From: Thermoprotei archaeon
GTDB lineage: Archaea; Thermoproteota; Thermoprotei; Thermoproteales; B15-G16
Reading direction: 5' to 3'
DNA length: 64,000 nucleotides
NCBI GenBank assembly: GCA_003649205.1
Contig: QMRC01000004.1
Coordinates: 1-64,000, forward strand
A program made the position numbers and the translations under genes. This document shows, piece after piece, positions 49,894 to 59,889 of the stretch; the first letter of the stretch is position 1, and each line of letters opens with the position of its first letter. The notes below the pieces were generated by a model. The model was not told the DNA's origin. It did no database searches and was given only the letters and a program-made list of their open reading frames with translations.

Positions 49894-50860
49894 ACTTCCT
49901 CAACTCCTCAAGCAATGTGAAGATCTCCTCAAATCTCCTAGGTGGCCAACCATATAGTTCACGAACAATGAATATTATGGCTTGTGGTGCAACTAGTCCT
50001 CTCTCGGTAATTATCGCGTCGATGTACTCCGGTGGTGTGACGTCGTACAGTGGTGCATGTACCTCAACCTTACCTGCCCACATACTCAACTTCTCAGGAG
50101 GTATGAATGACTCTGGTCTCTTCTCAGCAATTTTCACTAATTCACCAAATACAGTTTCTGGACTTATCTTCCAGGTAATAGCTGCTACGAAGACTCTAAC
50201 TCTTGCTTCGTGTGCAGCTAGCGCGATCTGTGAGGTACCTACCTTATTTATCACAGCACCATTAGCGGCAACGGCTTCACTACCAATAAGGACCTTATCT
50301 ACCTCCTTCATGAAGTACCTAGCCGCTGAGTCAACTATGAGCACGGTCTCGATACCTAGTGACGCTATGTCCTCAGCCATCTTATGACCTTCATTCCCTG
50401 GTCTAGACTCAGTGACTATGACTCTAATTCTCTTACCTTCAGACACTATGTACTTCATTGCCTCGAGGACAACCCTGCTGTATGAGTGAGTCATTATCGT
50501 ATCTCCATCCTCAACCCTCTTAGCCATGAATTGAGCTACTAAGGTATTCGCATTCTCTATGTTGTTGATGAGGTTCTGCACCGTACTCAGTATGGTATTC
50601 CTGACTTCACTTAACCCCCTACCCTCTCTGAGGGTAGTTAGCGTAGCTCTAACAACTTCCCTAATACCGTTTAGTAGTAGTGCTGATGTTGGTCTTGCCT
50701 CAATAGCTAACTTCGAGAATGTATAGAGTTCACGTACAAGATCCGTGATCTCTCTAGCCTTCATCGCAATTTCTCTAGTAACATTCATTACTGTGTGAAA
50801 CGCATCAGTAGCGCTGTAGATATTGAGCTTTAAGTCTTCGATAATCCTCCCGTACGACAT
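49883..50860 (-). CDS. R15P isomerase / eIF2B-family paralogue lacking catalytic residues
   Basis: RPTS, THSYSRVV (no Cys), GSEAV (Glu for Asp), NKVGT, DVTPP; RGA motif absent. Confidence 0.85.
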   Translation of the reverse strand: MSYGRIIEDLKLNIYSATDAFHTVMNVTREIAMKAREITDLVRELYTFSKLAIEARPTSALLLNGIREVVRATLTTLREGRGLSEVRNTILSTVQNLINNIENANTLVAQFMAKRVEDGDTIMTHSYSRVVLEAMKYIVSEGKRIRVIVTESRPGNEGHKMAEDIASLGIETVLIVDSAARYFMKEVDKVLIGSEAVAANGAVINKVGTSQIALAAHEARVRVFVAAITWKISPETVFGELVKIAEKRPESFIPPEKLSMWAGKVEVHAPLYDVTPPEYIDAIITERGLVAPQAIIFIVRELYGWPPRRFEEIFTLLEELRKYGC

Positions 50861-50928
50861 AGGTCTCCACTATACATGGGTTGTATTTAAGTTTGGGTTC
50901 GTCGTATCTAATTATAAGGGTCTTACCC

Positions 50929-51651
50929 ATGAAGCGGATCAAGATAGTGCTCGAGAACCTACCTGAAAGTGATGATCTAATCTTCATAACTGGTTTTCAC
51001 GGTATAGGTTACGTTGGGTTTCTAGCAACTAGGTACTTAGTGACTACGCTTAAGGCTAAGAAAATAGGGTACGTTGAGACTAGTATAGAACCGCTCTTCA
51101 CTTCATCAACTCAAAGTGGTGGTGTGTATGTACCTTTCGAGATATATTGTTTTGAGAATATGGTGTTCTTCTGTGCTAATTATGGATTCACTAGTAGAGT
51201 TGAGTTGAGGGTTCTTGATTACATTGCTAAGTGGGTTTCATCAATGCCCTTTACCTGTGCTATAATGTTTGGTGGTTTAGATAGTCGATTGAGGAAGTCT
51301 CAAGATGTTGATCTTAGGTTAGCTGCGACAAGTGAATTCATTAGGAGATTTAGGGATTGGATTAGAGCACCACTTCTTGAGGAGGGTCTATGGATTGTGG
51401 GTCCACTTGCTCGTTTACTTGTTAGATTTGAGGAGTACTTGTTCCCTGCTGTAGCTATACTACCGTACGCAGAGATTATGAGACCGGATCCCTATGCAGC
51501 TTCAGTAGGTATAAGTTACCTGAAGGATATACTGAAGATAGAGGTCGATCTATCTAAGCTACTTGAGTCCGCTGAGGCTATTGAGCGTGAAATTGAGGAG
51601 CTTAAGAAGCGTTGGGAGAGATTGCAGACGGAGAAGATGACGTACATGTAG
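50929..51651 (+). CDS. PAC2 family proteasome assembly chaperone-like protein
   Basis: TGFHGIGYVG, FGGLD, IVGPLA, RPDPYAA, C-terminal MTYM. Confidence 0.85.
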   Translation: MKRIKIVLENLPESDDLIFITGFHGIGYVGFLATRYLVTTLKAKKIGYVETSIEPLFTSSTQSGGVYVPFEIYCFENMVFFCANYGFTSRVELRVLDYIAKWVSSMPFTCAIMFGGLDSRLRKSQDVDLRLAATSEFIRRFRDWIRAPLLEEGLWIVGPLARLLVRFEEYLFPAVAILPYAEIMRPDPYAASVGISYLKDILKIEVDLSKLLESAEAIEREIEELKKRWERLQTEKMTYM

Positions 51652-53274
51652 CTATCTAGTGCTAGTGGAGATCTCCTTCAAATACTTCCTAACTCTCTCA
51701 GCAAGCAACCTAGGGTCTAGATCATGAACTTCGATATCCAACATACTAAGCTTCTTTGTTAGTGCATCACCTAAATACCTATGAGTTACCTTTCCAACAA
51801 CTAGTACCTTCCTATACCTCTGACAGAACTTACGTAGGTACCTAGCTAGTGTATCAATAGCTCTTTTGGTGTCAGGTGACACTATGGATACATAGCTCTC
51901 ATTTTGAGAGAGTGGATATACGTCATCTACCTCAAGCGGTATCGGTCCAAAGGGTGGGTAGAATACAAGTACATGTACTCTATTGAGAGCACCTACCCTA
52001 CTTAGTTCACTTAGTATCTTCCTAACTGAGGGATCTATGTGGAAGGGCTTCTTCTCTACGTCAGTTACTACGATGAGGACATCTCTAGCTGGTGGTTCGT
52101 AGAGGTTTAATACTCTATAGCGATGTCTCTCAACCTCTGGTCTAAAGTAGCTAGTTCCCTCGTAGAGAAAAATCCCTCTAATTTCCCCACCAGTTACTGG
52201 ATCTAATTCTTCAATGTACTTACGGTACTTACGCAACTTCTTCAACGCTCTATAGAGGCCGGGGTGTGACCTACATCGAACCTCTAGTAACTCCCACAAC
52301 CTACCCTCATATATTGCCTGCTTTATGCTATCTAGCTCGTACTTCAGTACGTAGAGATTGTGCTTTGCTAATTCTCTCTCCCTCTCATGTGAAGGTAGCT
52401 CCAGGAGGTCTTCTACTGTGTACTTCCTGCACACTGGACAATTACAGGGTAGTACCTTCAACTCACTTAACCTATACGTTCCATGAGGTGTCATGTACCT
52501 ACCATCACGTGCATAGAGTATGTAGGAAGCTGAGTCAAAGAGGTCGCAACCAAGAGCTACGGCTAGTGCTAACATGATTGGGTGCCCTGCACCGAAGAGG
52601 TGAACTGGTTTACTTAGAGGTACTTCGCTCTTGACAGTCACTATCATGTCGACAACCTTACTGAACTCGTACTCAGCTAGTAACCTTGTTGGACTACCTA
52701 CAGCATATATGTCGAAAGGTAGCTTACTCATCTTCCTAGCTGAGTACCTCAGTATATCTAGGTGAGTACCACCCTGTATGGGACCAACTAGTAGTGTGTC
52801 ACTACCAACACTACTCTTTACTGCTAGTGCTCTCATAGCTCTTCTAATTGTCTCCTCAACTTCTAACCAAACTGCTCTCCTACTGCTCTCTGGTCTCGTA
52901 GGTATATCGAGGATAACAGCTATGTCACTACCGATATCTAGCTGATACAGCAGTATCTGATCTGGTGAAACATCAATGTAACCGTACTCCATTAACTGAT
53001 ATGCACCTGAGTCAGTCATGATCACGACATCACTACTAGTACCGAGTATACTATCTAGCTTAAGCTCCTTACCTAGCTCACCGTACCTCCTCCATATGAT
53101 GTAGGCATTCGTTATTACGAACTTGAAACCAATTTCCTCAATTTCCTTAATGGAAATAGTTGATTTGAAGGGATTGACCACGGGTGCGAGTGCTGGAGTC
53201 TCCAGAGTACCCTTACGAGTTCTTAATCTACCTACTCTACCAGCTAAGTCCTTAGCTACTACCTCGAAGCTCAT
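51652..53274 (-). CDS. tgtA: Archaeosine tRNA-guanine(15) transglycosylase
   Basis: TDSGAYQ, ILDIPT, PIQGG, HLFGAGHP, DLFDSASY, CNCPVC. Confidence 0.95.
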   Translation of the reverse strand: MSFEVVAKDLAGRVGRLRTRKGTLETPALAPVVNPFKSTISIKEIEEIGFKFVITNAYIIWRRYGELGKELKLDSILGTSSDVVIMTDSGAYQLMEYGYIDVSPDQILLYQLDIGSDIAVILDIPTRPESSRRAVWLEVEETIRRAMRALAVKSSVGSDTLLVGPIQGGTHLDILRYSARKMSKLPFDIYAVGSPTRLLAEYEFSKVVDMIVTVKSEVPLSKPVHLFGAGHPIMLALAVALGCDLFDSASYILYARDGRYMTPHGTYRLSELKVLPCNCPVCRKYTVEDLLELPSHERERELAKHNLYVLKYELDSIKQAIYEGRLWELLEVRCRSHPGLYRALKKLRKYRKYIEELDPVTGGEIRGIFLYEGTSYFRPEVERHRYRVLNLYEPPARDVLIVVTDVEKKPFHIDPSVRKILSELSRVGALNRVHVLVFYPPFGPIPLEVDDVYPLSQNESYVSIVSPDTKRAIDTLARYLRKFCQRYRKVLVVGKVTHRYLGDALTKKLSMLDIEVHDLDPRLLAERVRKYLKEISTSTR

Positions 53275-53280
53275 GTAGCT

Positions 53281-53715
53281 TTACTTCGCTCTTCTCTCCC
53301 TCAAATATTCTTCAAATATCCTCCTCACTCTCTCAGCAACAGGACCTGTACCCTCAACACCCTTCTCAGTAACCTTTATCCTATCCATGATCACGATGAC
53401 TCTAGCATCCTCAATGTACTTAACCATCTGTGGGAAGTGCCTCTCCAGAATTGACGCTAGCTCTCTTAGGTCTATAATCTCCTCCTTCGTTGTTATCTCA
53501 ATAATTGCGTGACCATAGATGAAAACCCTCGTGTACTTCTCACCCTTATCATCAACAGCATCCGCTAGACATATGCTCTGTGAATTTGGGTCGTAACCAA
53601 ATAGCTTACCTTCGTACCTCTTACCAGCGCTGGTCACTACACTTACAGTCTTATCAAGTAGCGACATTATTTCCGACTGATACCTCCTAGCTGGTAGCAG
53701 TAATGAACCAGCCAC
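53281..53715 (-). CDS. Sm-like protein with C-terminal domain (SmAP3-type)
   Basis: Sm fold (YEGKLFGYDP) plus C-terminal GVEGTGPVAERV domain; next to tgtA and rpo8. Confidence 0.85.
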   Translation of the reverse strand: MAGSLLLPARRYQSEIMSLLDKTVSVVTSAGKRYEGKLFGYDPNSQSICLADAVDDKGEKYTRVFIYGHAIIEITTKEEIIDLRELASILERHFPQMVKYIEDARVIVIMDRIKVTEKGVEGTGPVAERVRRIFEEYLRERRAK

Positions 53716-53792
53716 TTCTACCCCCCTACTCTATTGGGGGTAAAACGTTAATACGCTTTTACGAGCCTAGCCTATGCTAGAGGTAGGTATGT

Positions 53793-54158
53793 ATGGAGTT
53801 TGAGGTCACTGTGAAGAACATATCGGAAACACCAATTAAAGGTGTTGTTCTTATTGAGTGTGAGAGCAAGGATGGTAGGTTTTCAATATCGTTTGAGTAC
53901 CCAAGACACGTACTTGGTAAGTACGTAGACTTCAGTGTCGGTGATGAGCTACTACTTGCTCTGCATAAGGAGAAGACTAGTGAGCTAGATAAGTGGGATG
54001 TGTACATGCATGGTATGGTATACCACGTGAGGGATATAGGTGAGGGTCGTAAGGTGTTCTACATCTCGATATGGGGGTATCAAGTTAGGCTCTGTGCACC
54101 AGAGCAACTACTAAACCTCTACGATAAGGTGTATATCGGCATTAAGAAGCTTAAGTAG
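53793..54158 (+). CDS. rpo8: RNA polymerase subunit Rpo8 (RpoG)
   Basis: OB-fold, YMHGMVY and ISIWG motifs typical of RPB8/Rpo8. Confidence 0.75.
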   Translation: MEFEVTVKNISETPIKGVVLIECESKDGRFSISFEYPRHVLGKYVDFSVGDELLLALHKEKTSELDKWDVYMHGMVYHVRDIGEGRKVFYISIWGYQVRLCAPEQLLNLYDKVYIGIKKLK

Positions 54159-55200
54159 CTGTGAGGTACGGTAGTAACTCCGTAAGCAGTAACTTAGGTA
54201 GCCCCCTCTTCGATAGCTCAGTATTGAGTACATGATCCTCATTAACGAGTACTTCAGCAAATGGGTGAACTACGTGTACAACCACATTACACCCATTACA
54301 CTCAAAGGGAATACCGTGTAACCTCAGGAACCATGTACATCGCCTAACATCCTCTTCACAACTGAAATCAAGCTTTACCACTCTACTAGGTACCTCGTGT
54401 CTGCAGGTAGAACTCCTCTCCAAACCACGTAACAACAACAACGAGACATGGCTAGCAACCTCAATTACACCACCCCTATCATCACTCCCAATAGGTAACT
54501 CCACAGCAATCGTCGGTACATCCTCCAATGTGAAGTGCGTTAAGTAATCACTGGGGACCTTCACTAAATTAACCTCCTTCCTAAGCTCTATAGGTAGCTC
54601 AAGTACATCACATACATTACCGAGAAAACTCATGACATCGTTAAGGAACTCAACAACCCAATCACGACACCCCACTACACACCGAGCAGTAACACGAACA
54701 GCATCTACATGAGACGGAATCAAGAAGACAAGAGCTAGTGGTCTCAAGTCATTAACCACACGGTGAATGACTTGAGTCTCTAACTGAGTTAGGAACAAAA
54801 AGTCATGAACTAAATCAACACCAGCAGCATTCCTACTACAGTACTGTCTCTCACTAACCACATAACCCTCAGGATTAGCTACAGGAATTACAGCTATCTC
54901 ACCACAACCAAGTAAGTTACCCACAAAAAGAGGATACCTACTGTATACTGGATACCGAAGCAGGTACACCGCATAGAGTAAGGTAGCAACAGATAGGGCA
55001 TCACCAAAAATACCACCAACATAGACGACCTTCTCCCTACCTGAGCCAAGCCTAGCAAGTAAGATCTCCCTACCCAACCTAGTCCTTCCAACAACCTCAA
55101 GTCCATCTGAGAGAAATTGAAGAACATTGCTAACCAACTTCAGAGGTACATCACAGCTAAGGAGAACCCTACGAAGCACAGACCTCGAGAGGCTCATCAA
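54151..55200 (-). CDS. M14 carboxypeptidase-like protein, zinc ligands degenerate
   Basis: GRTRLGREI, IPVANPEGY, RNAAGVDL; HxxE replaced by FGDA. Confidence 0.7.
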   Translation of the reverse strand: MMSLSRSVLRRVLLSCDVPLKLVSNVLQFLSDGLEVVGRTRLGREILLARLGSGREKVVYVGGIFGDALSVATLLYAVYLLRYPVYSRYPLFVGNLLGCGEIAVIPVANPEGYVVSERQYCSRNAAGVDLVHDFLFLTQLETQVIHRVVNDLRPLALVFLIPSHVDAVRVTARCVVGCRDWVVEFLNDVMSFLGNVCDVLELPIELRKEVNLVKVPSDYLTHFTLEDVPTIAVELPIGSDDRGGVIEVASHVSLLLLRGLERSSTCRHEVPSRVVKLDFSCEEDVRRCTWFLRLHGIPFECNGCNVVVHVVHPFAEVLVNEDHVLNTELSKRGLPKLLLTELLPYLTAT

Positions 55201-55246
55201 ACACCGCCTTCCTCACCTATTCGGACGTGTCACCACCAATCATCGC
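55194..55246 (-). ncRNA. C/D-box guide sRNA candidate overlapping the M14-like start
   Basis: GCGATGA-guide-CCGA-ATAG-GTGAGGA-AGGCGGTGT-TTGA; second guide complements ACACCGCC, a conserved 16S motif. Confidence 0.6.
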
Positions 55247-55362
55247 CAATATATGGGGTGTACGATCCCCCTAAAATAGACACTGCACAATTAAGAGCGA
55301 AAACCTTAAATAAATACCCCCCATAGGGGGGTACGACAAGAATCCCGTCTCCTTGGGGAGGG

Positions 55363-55773
55363 ATGGCGGGGAAAGCTAAGATCAAAACTCATGTTCGAAC
55401 AGCAGCAAAAGTAGTTGGAAAGCACGTATACGGAAATCTATATGGTTGCAACCCCCTTCTCCTATCCGATGAAGAGTACCTGAAGAAGGTTGTTGTAGAG
55501 GCTGCAGTCATCGGGAACATGACTCTATTGAATGTAATCTCGTGGAAGTTCGGTGGTGGCGGAGGAGTCAGCGTAGTAGCTATAGTTGCTGAGAGCCACA
55601 TATCAATACACACCTGGCCAGAGTACTCATACGCTACAGTCGACGTATATACTTGCGGCGAGAAGTGCGATCCGGAAAGAGCCTTCCACTACATAGTTAG
55701 CTGCCTTCGACCAAAGAAATACACGTATCACTTCGTAGATAGGTCATTGAAACCTGAAGATGAAGAGTATTGA
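55363..55773 (+). CDS. speD: Pyruvoyl-dependent S-adenosylmethionine (or arginine) decarboxylase proenzyme
   Basis: GKHVYGNLYGC, AE|SHISIHTWPE, DVYTCG. Confidence 0.9.
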   Translation: MAGKAKIKTHVRTAAKVVGKHVYGNLYGCNPLLLSDEEYLKKVVVEAAVIGNMTLLNVISWKFGGGGGVSVVAIVAESHISIHTWPEYSYATVDVYTCGEKCDPERAFHYIVSCLRPKKYTYHFVDRSLKPEDEEY

Positions 55774-55825
55774 CTTATAACCTATAACCTAACTACTTAG
55801 TATTTTTCCCCTCCTCACCTACTCA

Positions 55826-55874
55826 TCAGCATATGGGACTCACATCACCTCTCAGTGGATAGGCGCATCATCAC
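55826..55874 (-). ncRNA. C/D-box guide sRNA
   Basis: GTGATGA-TGCGCCTATCCA-CTGA-GAG-GTGATGT-GAGTCCCATATG-CTGA, two 12-nt guides. Confidence 0.88.
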
Positions 55875-55999
55875 TAATACACACCAGAGGGGTAGTACCT
55901 AAATGCGTTCCTAATGTACTTAGGAGTAGCATCTCTTAGCAGTGATGTAGCCACTTAGTAGCGTCCACACGACCTATTATCTCACCTACTATGTTGCCA

Positions 56000-56998
56000 T
56001 TACTCTAGCAATCTGGCTACTAGCTCAGCAAAGGTATCTGGTGGACCCTTAACTAGGTACCATTCTGTTCGATCAAGCAATGACCTTAGTAGCTCATTCT
56101 GCCTTTCTTCTAGCTCCGTAACGTCTATGAATGGTCTATGGAAGAAGTATAGGAGTAACGGTGTGTCGTAGTGAGTTCTATGCATTTTAGCTGTTGTCAC
56201 TAACTTCCTCCACATAATAGTCTCATCCCTAACTCTTTCAACTCTCCTCATTTGACTAAGCTCCAGAAACACCAGCTTAGAAACCCTACATTCCTTAGCA
56301 AAATAGTGTTGAGGAAATATCACTTCTGGCGGCACTTCCTGACATGAGGACAGCAACTTCCCTAGTAGAAGCTTACTCAAGTACTTTCGTACCCTAAGTG
56401 ATAGACTAAGTCTAGAGGAGAATAATCCCTTCAGTACTTGAGTATGCTTGTAATGAATTGTCAATGGAATAGGGTATGAGAGTGCTCTAGCATTAGGCCC
56501 CAATACACACATGTCATCCGCTAAGAATAGTAGCTTCTTCTCAAGCACTAACCACAGTACTGTCAAGGTCTTTCCGGTATTAGGTGGTGCTAGTAGCATC
56601 ACTCCTTCATCTCCATGCGCGATACATCCTGCATGTACGAAGGTAAAACCTTTCTGAAGCAACTTAACCTCCAAAATCTCGAAGAGGAGCCTCAAAATCT
56701 TAGGCCTTAACTTCCTCACTACTCTATACCGAAGACTAGCTAGGTACACCCTAGCTCTACCCTCTAGATTCTCAACCATGAGTCCAGAACCTAGGAATCC
56801 TCTAGAGAGGACTACAGCCCCCTCGACTTCACTAGGTATTCGAGGTAGTCGAGATAGGGAGTGTATGCTGAGATCAGTACACTTCTCAGCACTAGCTCCA
56901 CTAGTAATGAAGTATGGCGGTAGCACCTTAGACAAAGTCTCTGGTGGATACTCACTACGTACTGTGAGTATGCTGTGTATGTCGTAGTAAACAGGCAT
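56000..56998 (-). CDS. HPr kinase-related P-loop protein
   Basis: FVHAGCI, APPNTGKT, FLADD signature. Confidence 0.75.
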   Translation of the reverse strand: MPVYYDIHSILTVRSEYPPETLSKVLPPYFITSGASAEKCTDLSIHSLSRLPRIPSEVEGAVVLSRGFLGSGLMVENLEGRARVYLASLRYRVVRKLRPKILRLLFEILEVKLLQKGFTFVHAGCIAHGDEGVMLLAPPNTGKTLTVLWLVLEKKLLFLADDMCVLGPNARALSYPIPLTIHYKHTQVLKGLFSSRLSLSLRVRKYLSKLLLGKLLSSCQEVPPEVIFPQHYFAKECRVSKLVFLELSQMRRVERVRDETIMWRKLVTTAKMHRTHYDTPLLLYFFHRPFIDVTELEERQNELLRSLLDRTEWYLVKGPPDTFAELVARLLE

Positions 56999-57411
56999 TC
57001 AGCCCCCCAAGTAATAACTACCCAAGGGTTAAAAGTGTAGTATGATAGCGCACTACCAACACGATACCCCACAGACCTTACGTTAACTAAAAAGTGGTCA
57101 ATTCCATTAAAGCAGGTAACAGTAAGGTAGAGCTATCAATGTGCTAGGATCTAAGTTCAAGAATCAACATCCATAGATCCTTAAGGTACTCTCATCAATC
57201 CCCTCGTATTCAACCACGTTGATCGCTCACTACAGCATGTAATCCTCCAACCTTAGTCACGTACTTAGTGAGCTTAACCACATAAGCCTCATCGAGGAAC
57301 TCAAGATTAATGAGGTTAGGACTCGAGTACACTCCTAGCAAAGCTAATGTATACACCATGCGTGGAACTACATAGGTACAGTAACGTAGGAGCGTTGTGG
57401 ATATGTTTGTG

Positions 57412-57488
<77 letters not shown>

Positions 57489-57555
57489 TTAACCTCGACA
57501 TTCACTCTCTATGTTGATTTTTTAAAGGTTTACTTCATAATTCATGTAACCTCTC

Positions 57556-58197
57556 CTACGTTATCTCCACTCCAAGAATTTCCTTAATTTGCTCCCGTTT
57601 TATTGGCCCTTCTCTGACTACTCTCGGTGGTTGTGTTGTGAGGTCTATGACTGTTGATGGTATTCCTCCAGGGCAGGGTCCTGCATCGATTACTACGTCT
57701 ACTTCCATCCCTATTTCTCTCATTGCTTCTTCTGCAGTTCTGGGTGCTGGGTGACCTGATATGTTTGCACTTGTACCGATGAGGTACCCTCCACAGTACT
57801 CGATCAGCTTGATTGTTAGCTCCATGTTTGGCTGTCTTACTCCTAGTGAGTTTCTACCTGCTGTCAAGGTACTTGGTACGTGTTCTCTCTTCCTGAGTAC
57901 TATCGTGAGTGGACCTGGCCAGAAAGCTCTCATTAGCTTCTCAGCTTCTGGTGTTACGTAGACTAGCTCTCTTGCTCTCTCTATGCTCGATACTAGTACT
58001 GGTAGTGGTTTCTGTTCTCTTCTCTTGACTGCGTATACTCTTCTTATTGCCTGTTCATTTAGTGGATCTGCACCCAGTCCATACACTGTATCTGTTGGGT
58101 ATATGATTAATCCACCTGACTTAACTACTTGAGCTACTTCCCTAAGTACTTCGTCACTCAGTATACCTGCAGCAACCTTAATTACTCGTGGTTTCAC
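57556..58197 (-). CDS. sua5: Threonylcarbamoyl-AMP synthase (YrdC/Sua5 domain)
   Basis: YPTDTVYGL, KRR, WPGPLT, TSANISG, PSTVID. Confidence 0.95.
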   Translation of the reverse strand: MKPRVIKVAAGILSDEVLREVAQVVKSGGLIIYPTDTVYGLGADPLNEQAIRRVYAVKRREQKPLPVLVSSIERARELVYVTPEAEKLMRAFWPGPLTIVLRKREHVPSTLTAGRNSLGVRQPNMELTIKLIEYCGGYLIGTSANISGHPAPRTAEEAMREIGMEVDVVIDAGPCPGGIPSTVIDLTTQPPRVVREGPIKREQIKEILGVEIT

Positions 58198-58233
58198 GTG
58201 TAGTGATTCACGAGTGGTTTAGGTTTAAGTATT

Positions 58234-58284
58234 GTGATGATTCGGCGCTTAGCTGATTTCAGTGATGTGTCAATTCCGAGCTGA
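58234..58284 (+). ncRNA. C/D-box guide sRNA
   Basis: GTGATGA-TTCGGCGCTTAG-CTGA-TTTCA-GTGATGT-GTCAATTCCGAG-CTGA; second guide complements the 16S GGAAUUGRC motif. Confidence 0.88.
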
Positions 58285-59169
58285 TCAAGGTATTAGGTGT
58301 GAGCCATCGCAGGTAGGTGCTTTGAAGTAGGTTTCTGATGTTAGTCCCTCTCTACACACAGCATAGGTAATTCCTCTGGCGCTAGCTACCTCAACTACAG
58401 GTTTTAGGAGTTTCTTCCTTAATTCAGGACTTAGGTACCAGTAACCGTGTATCCAGGAACCTCCCTCTACGTATAGTCTCTTCCATCTCTGTGCTAGGTC
58501 TGGGTATGCTTGACACATTCTAGCTAGGTTATCTGGTTTTGCCTTGTAGGTTGAGGTTACTACGTGTCTTGCACCTAGGTCAATTACTGTCTTCACTAAT
58601 TCACGTAGTTCATCTGGTTCATCGTTTAGGTACGGTATTATTGGATCTATCCTAACACCTACCGGTATACCTCGTTTCGCTAATTCCTCAATAGCATGTA
58701 GTCTCTCTCCTGGTGATGGCGCTCCTGGCTCTAGTACTCTAGCTAGGTTACTATCTAGTGTTGTCACGGTTATCATGACTGCCACTCTACCTCTAGCTAT
58801 TACCTCGAGATCTCTCGTGACTAAGCTACTCTTCGTCGTTATCAGTACCCTACACCCTGCATTGATCAGCATCCTAAGTACCTCTCTCGTTAATTTGTAT
58901 TCAAGTTCTTCAGGTGGGTAGGGATCGCTACTTGTTGAGAGATTTATGTGGTACTTCTTGTCTATGTACTTTAGGTCGTGTAGTAGGTTTCTCAGTAAGT
59001 TCTTCTTTGGTGTGCTTCTACCTCTCCCAATGTATGAGGTTGCGTAGCAGTATAGGCATTGGTGACTACAGCGTGTGTAGGGTTGTAGACTGTACTTAGG
59101 TGGGCAGGTACATAGTGGACTCTTCCATGGATCAAATACTCTAATAACTCTTAGATCTCTTGTCTTCAC
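58285..59169 (-). CDS. Radical SAM protein, SplB-like
   Basis: CSHQCLYC, SSDPYPP, ITTKS, LEPGAPSP, RIDPIIP. Confidence 0.9.
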   Translation of the reverse strand: MKTRDLRVIRVFDPWKSPLCTCPPKYSLQPYTRCSHQCLYCYATSYIGRGRSTPKKNLLRNLLHDLKYIDKKYHINLSTSSDPYPPEELEYKLTREVLRMLINAGCRVLITTKSSLVTRDLEVIARGRVAVMITVTTLDSNLARVLEPGAPSPGERLHAIEELAKRGIPVGVRIDPIIPYLNDEPDELRELVKTVIDLGARHVVTSTYKAKPDNLARMCQAYPDLAQRWKRLYVEGGSWIHGYWYLSPELRKKLLKPVVEVASARGITYAVCREGLTSETYFKAPTCDGSHLIP

Positions 59170-59870
59170 TTCCTCATGGACCTAAGTAGCTTCTCAGCTT
59201 CCTCTATGTCCTTAACCGTATCTATTGACTTCCACATGACGTTCCTGTACTTAACTGCTTTGAGTTTCTTCTCCTCAGCTAGCTTTGGGAATGCAGTTAC
59301 CTCTATATCGCCTCTAGCTGGTAGATACTCGAAGATCTCTGGCTTGAAGCAGTAGACACCAGCATTTATCCAGTAGTTCACTAGCTCTGGCTTCTCTCTG
59401 AATTTAATTATGAATCCCGCTTCATCTATGTCCAGTATACCGTATGGAGATCTAAGAGGTACTGCTGCTATAGCTCCTATAGCATCACTTTCCTTTATTG
59501 CTTCGACCAATAGTCTTGGATCGAGGTTTGTGATGATATCTCCGTTAAGTACTAGGAATGAATCTTCATTCTTCAGTAGGTGTTCTGCGTTCTTAAGTGC
59601 ACCACCTGTACCTAGAGGCTCTGGCTCAACTACGTAAGCTACCTTTATACCGTACTTCTCACCATTACCAATTTCCTCAATTATCTTCTCCTTAAGGTAC
59701 CCAACGCATAGTATTATACAGTTAATACCATAGCTCTTCAACCACTCAAACTGATGTACTAGAATGGGCTTACCACTTATTGGGATTAGTGGTTTTGGTC
59801 TCTCAAGGGTTAGAGGTCTCAATCTCTTTCCATAACCACCACAGAGTACAACAGCTTTCATTCGGATCAC
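59166..59870 (-). CDS. Sugar-phosphate nucleotidyltransferase family protein
   Basis: GGYGKRLRPLT, PKPL, EPLGTGG, NGD, EKP. Confidence 0.92.
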   Translation of the reverse strand: MIRMKAVVLCGGYGKRLRPLTLERPKPLIPISGKPILVHQFEWLKSYGINCIILCVGYLKEKIIEEIGNGEKYGIKVAYVVEPEPLGTGGALKNAEHLLKNEDSFLVLNGDIITNLDPRLLVEAIKESDAIGAIAAVPLRSPYGILDIDEAGFIIKFREKPELVNYWINAGVYCFKPEIFEYLPARGDIEVTAFPKLAEEKKLKAVKYRNVMWKSIDTVKDIEEAEKLLRSMRK

Positions 59871-59889
59871 CTCATGTTTTAAACTCCGT

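Noticed and set aside
59166-59870. eIF2B gamma/epsilon-like partner for the eIF2B paralogues
   Set aside because: Intact nucleotidyltransferase motifs, no beta-helix domain, and 8 kb away in another operon
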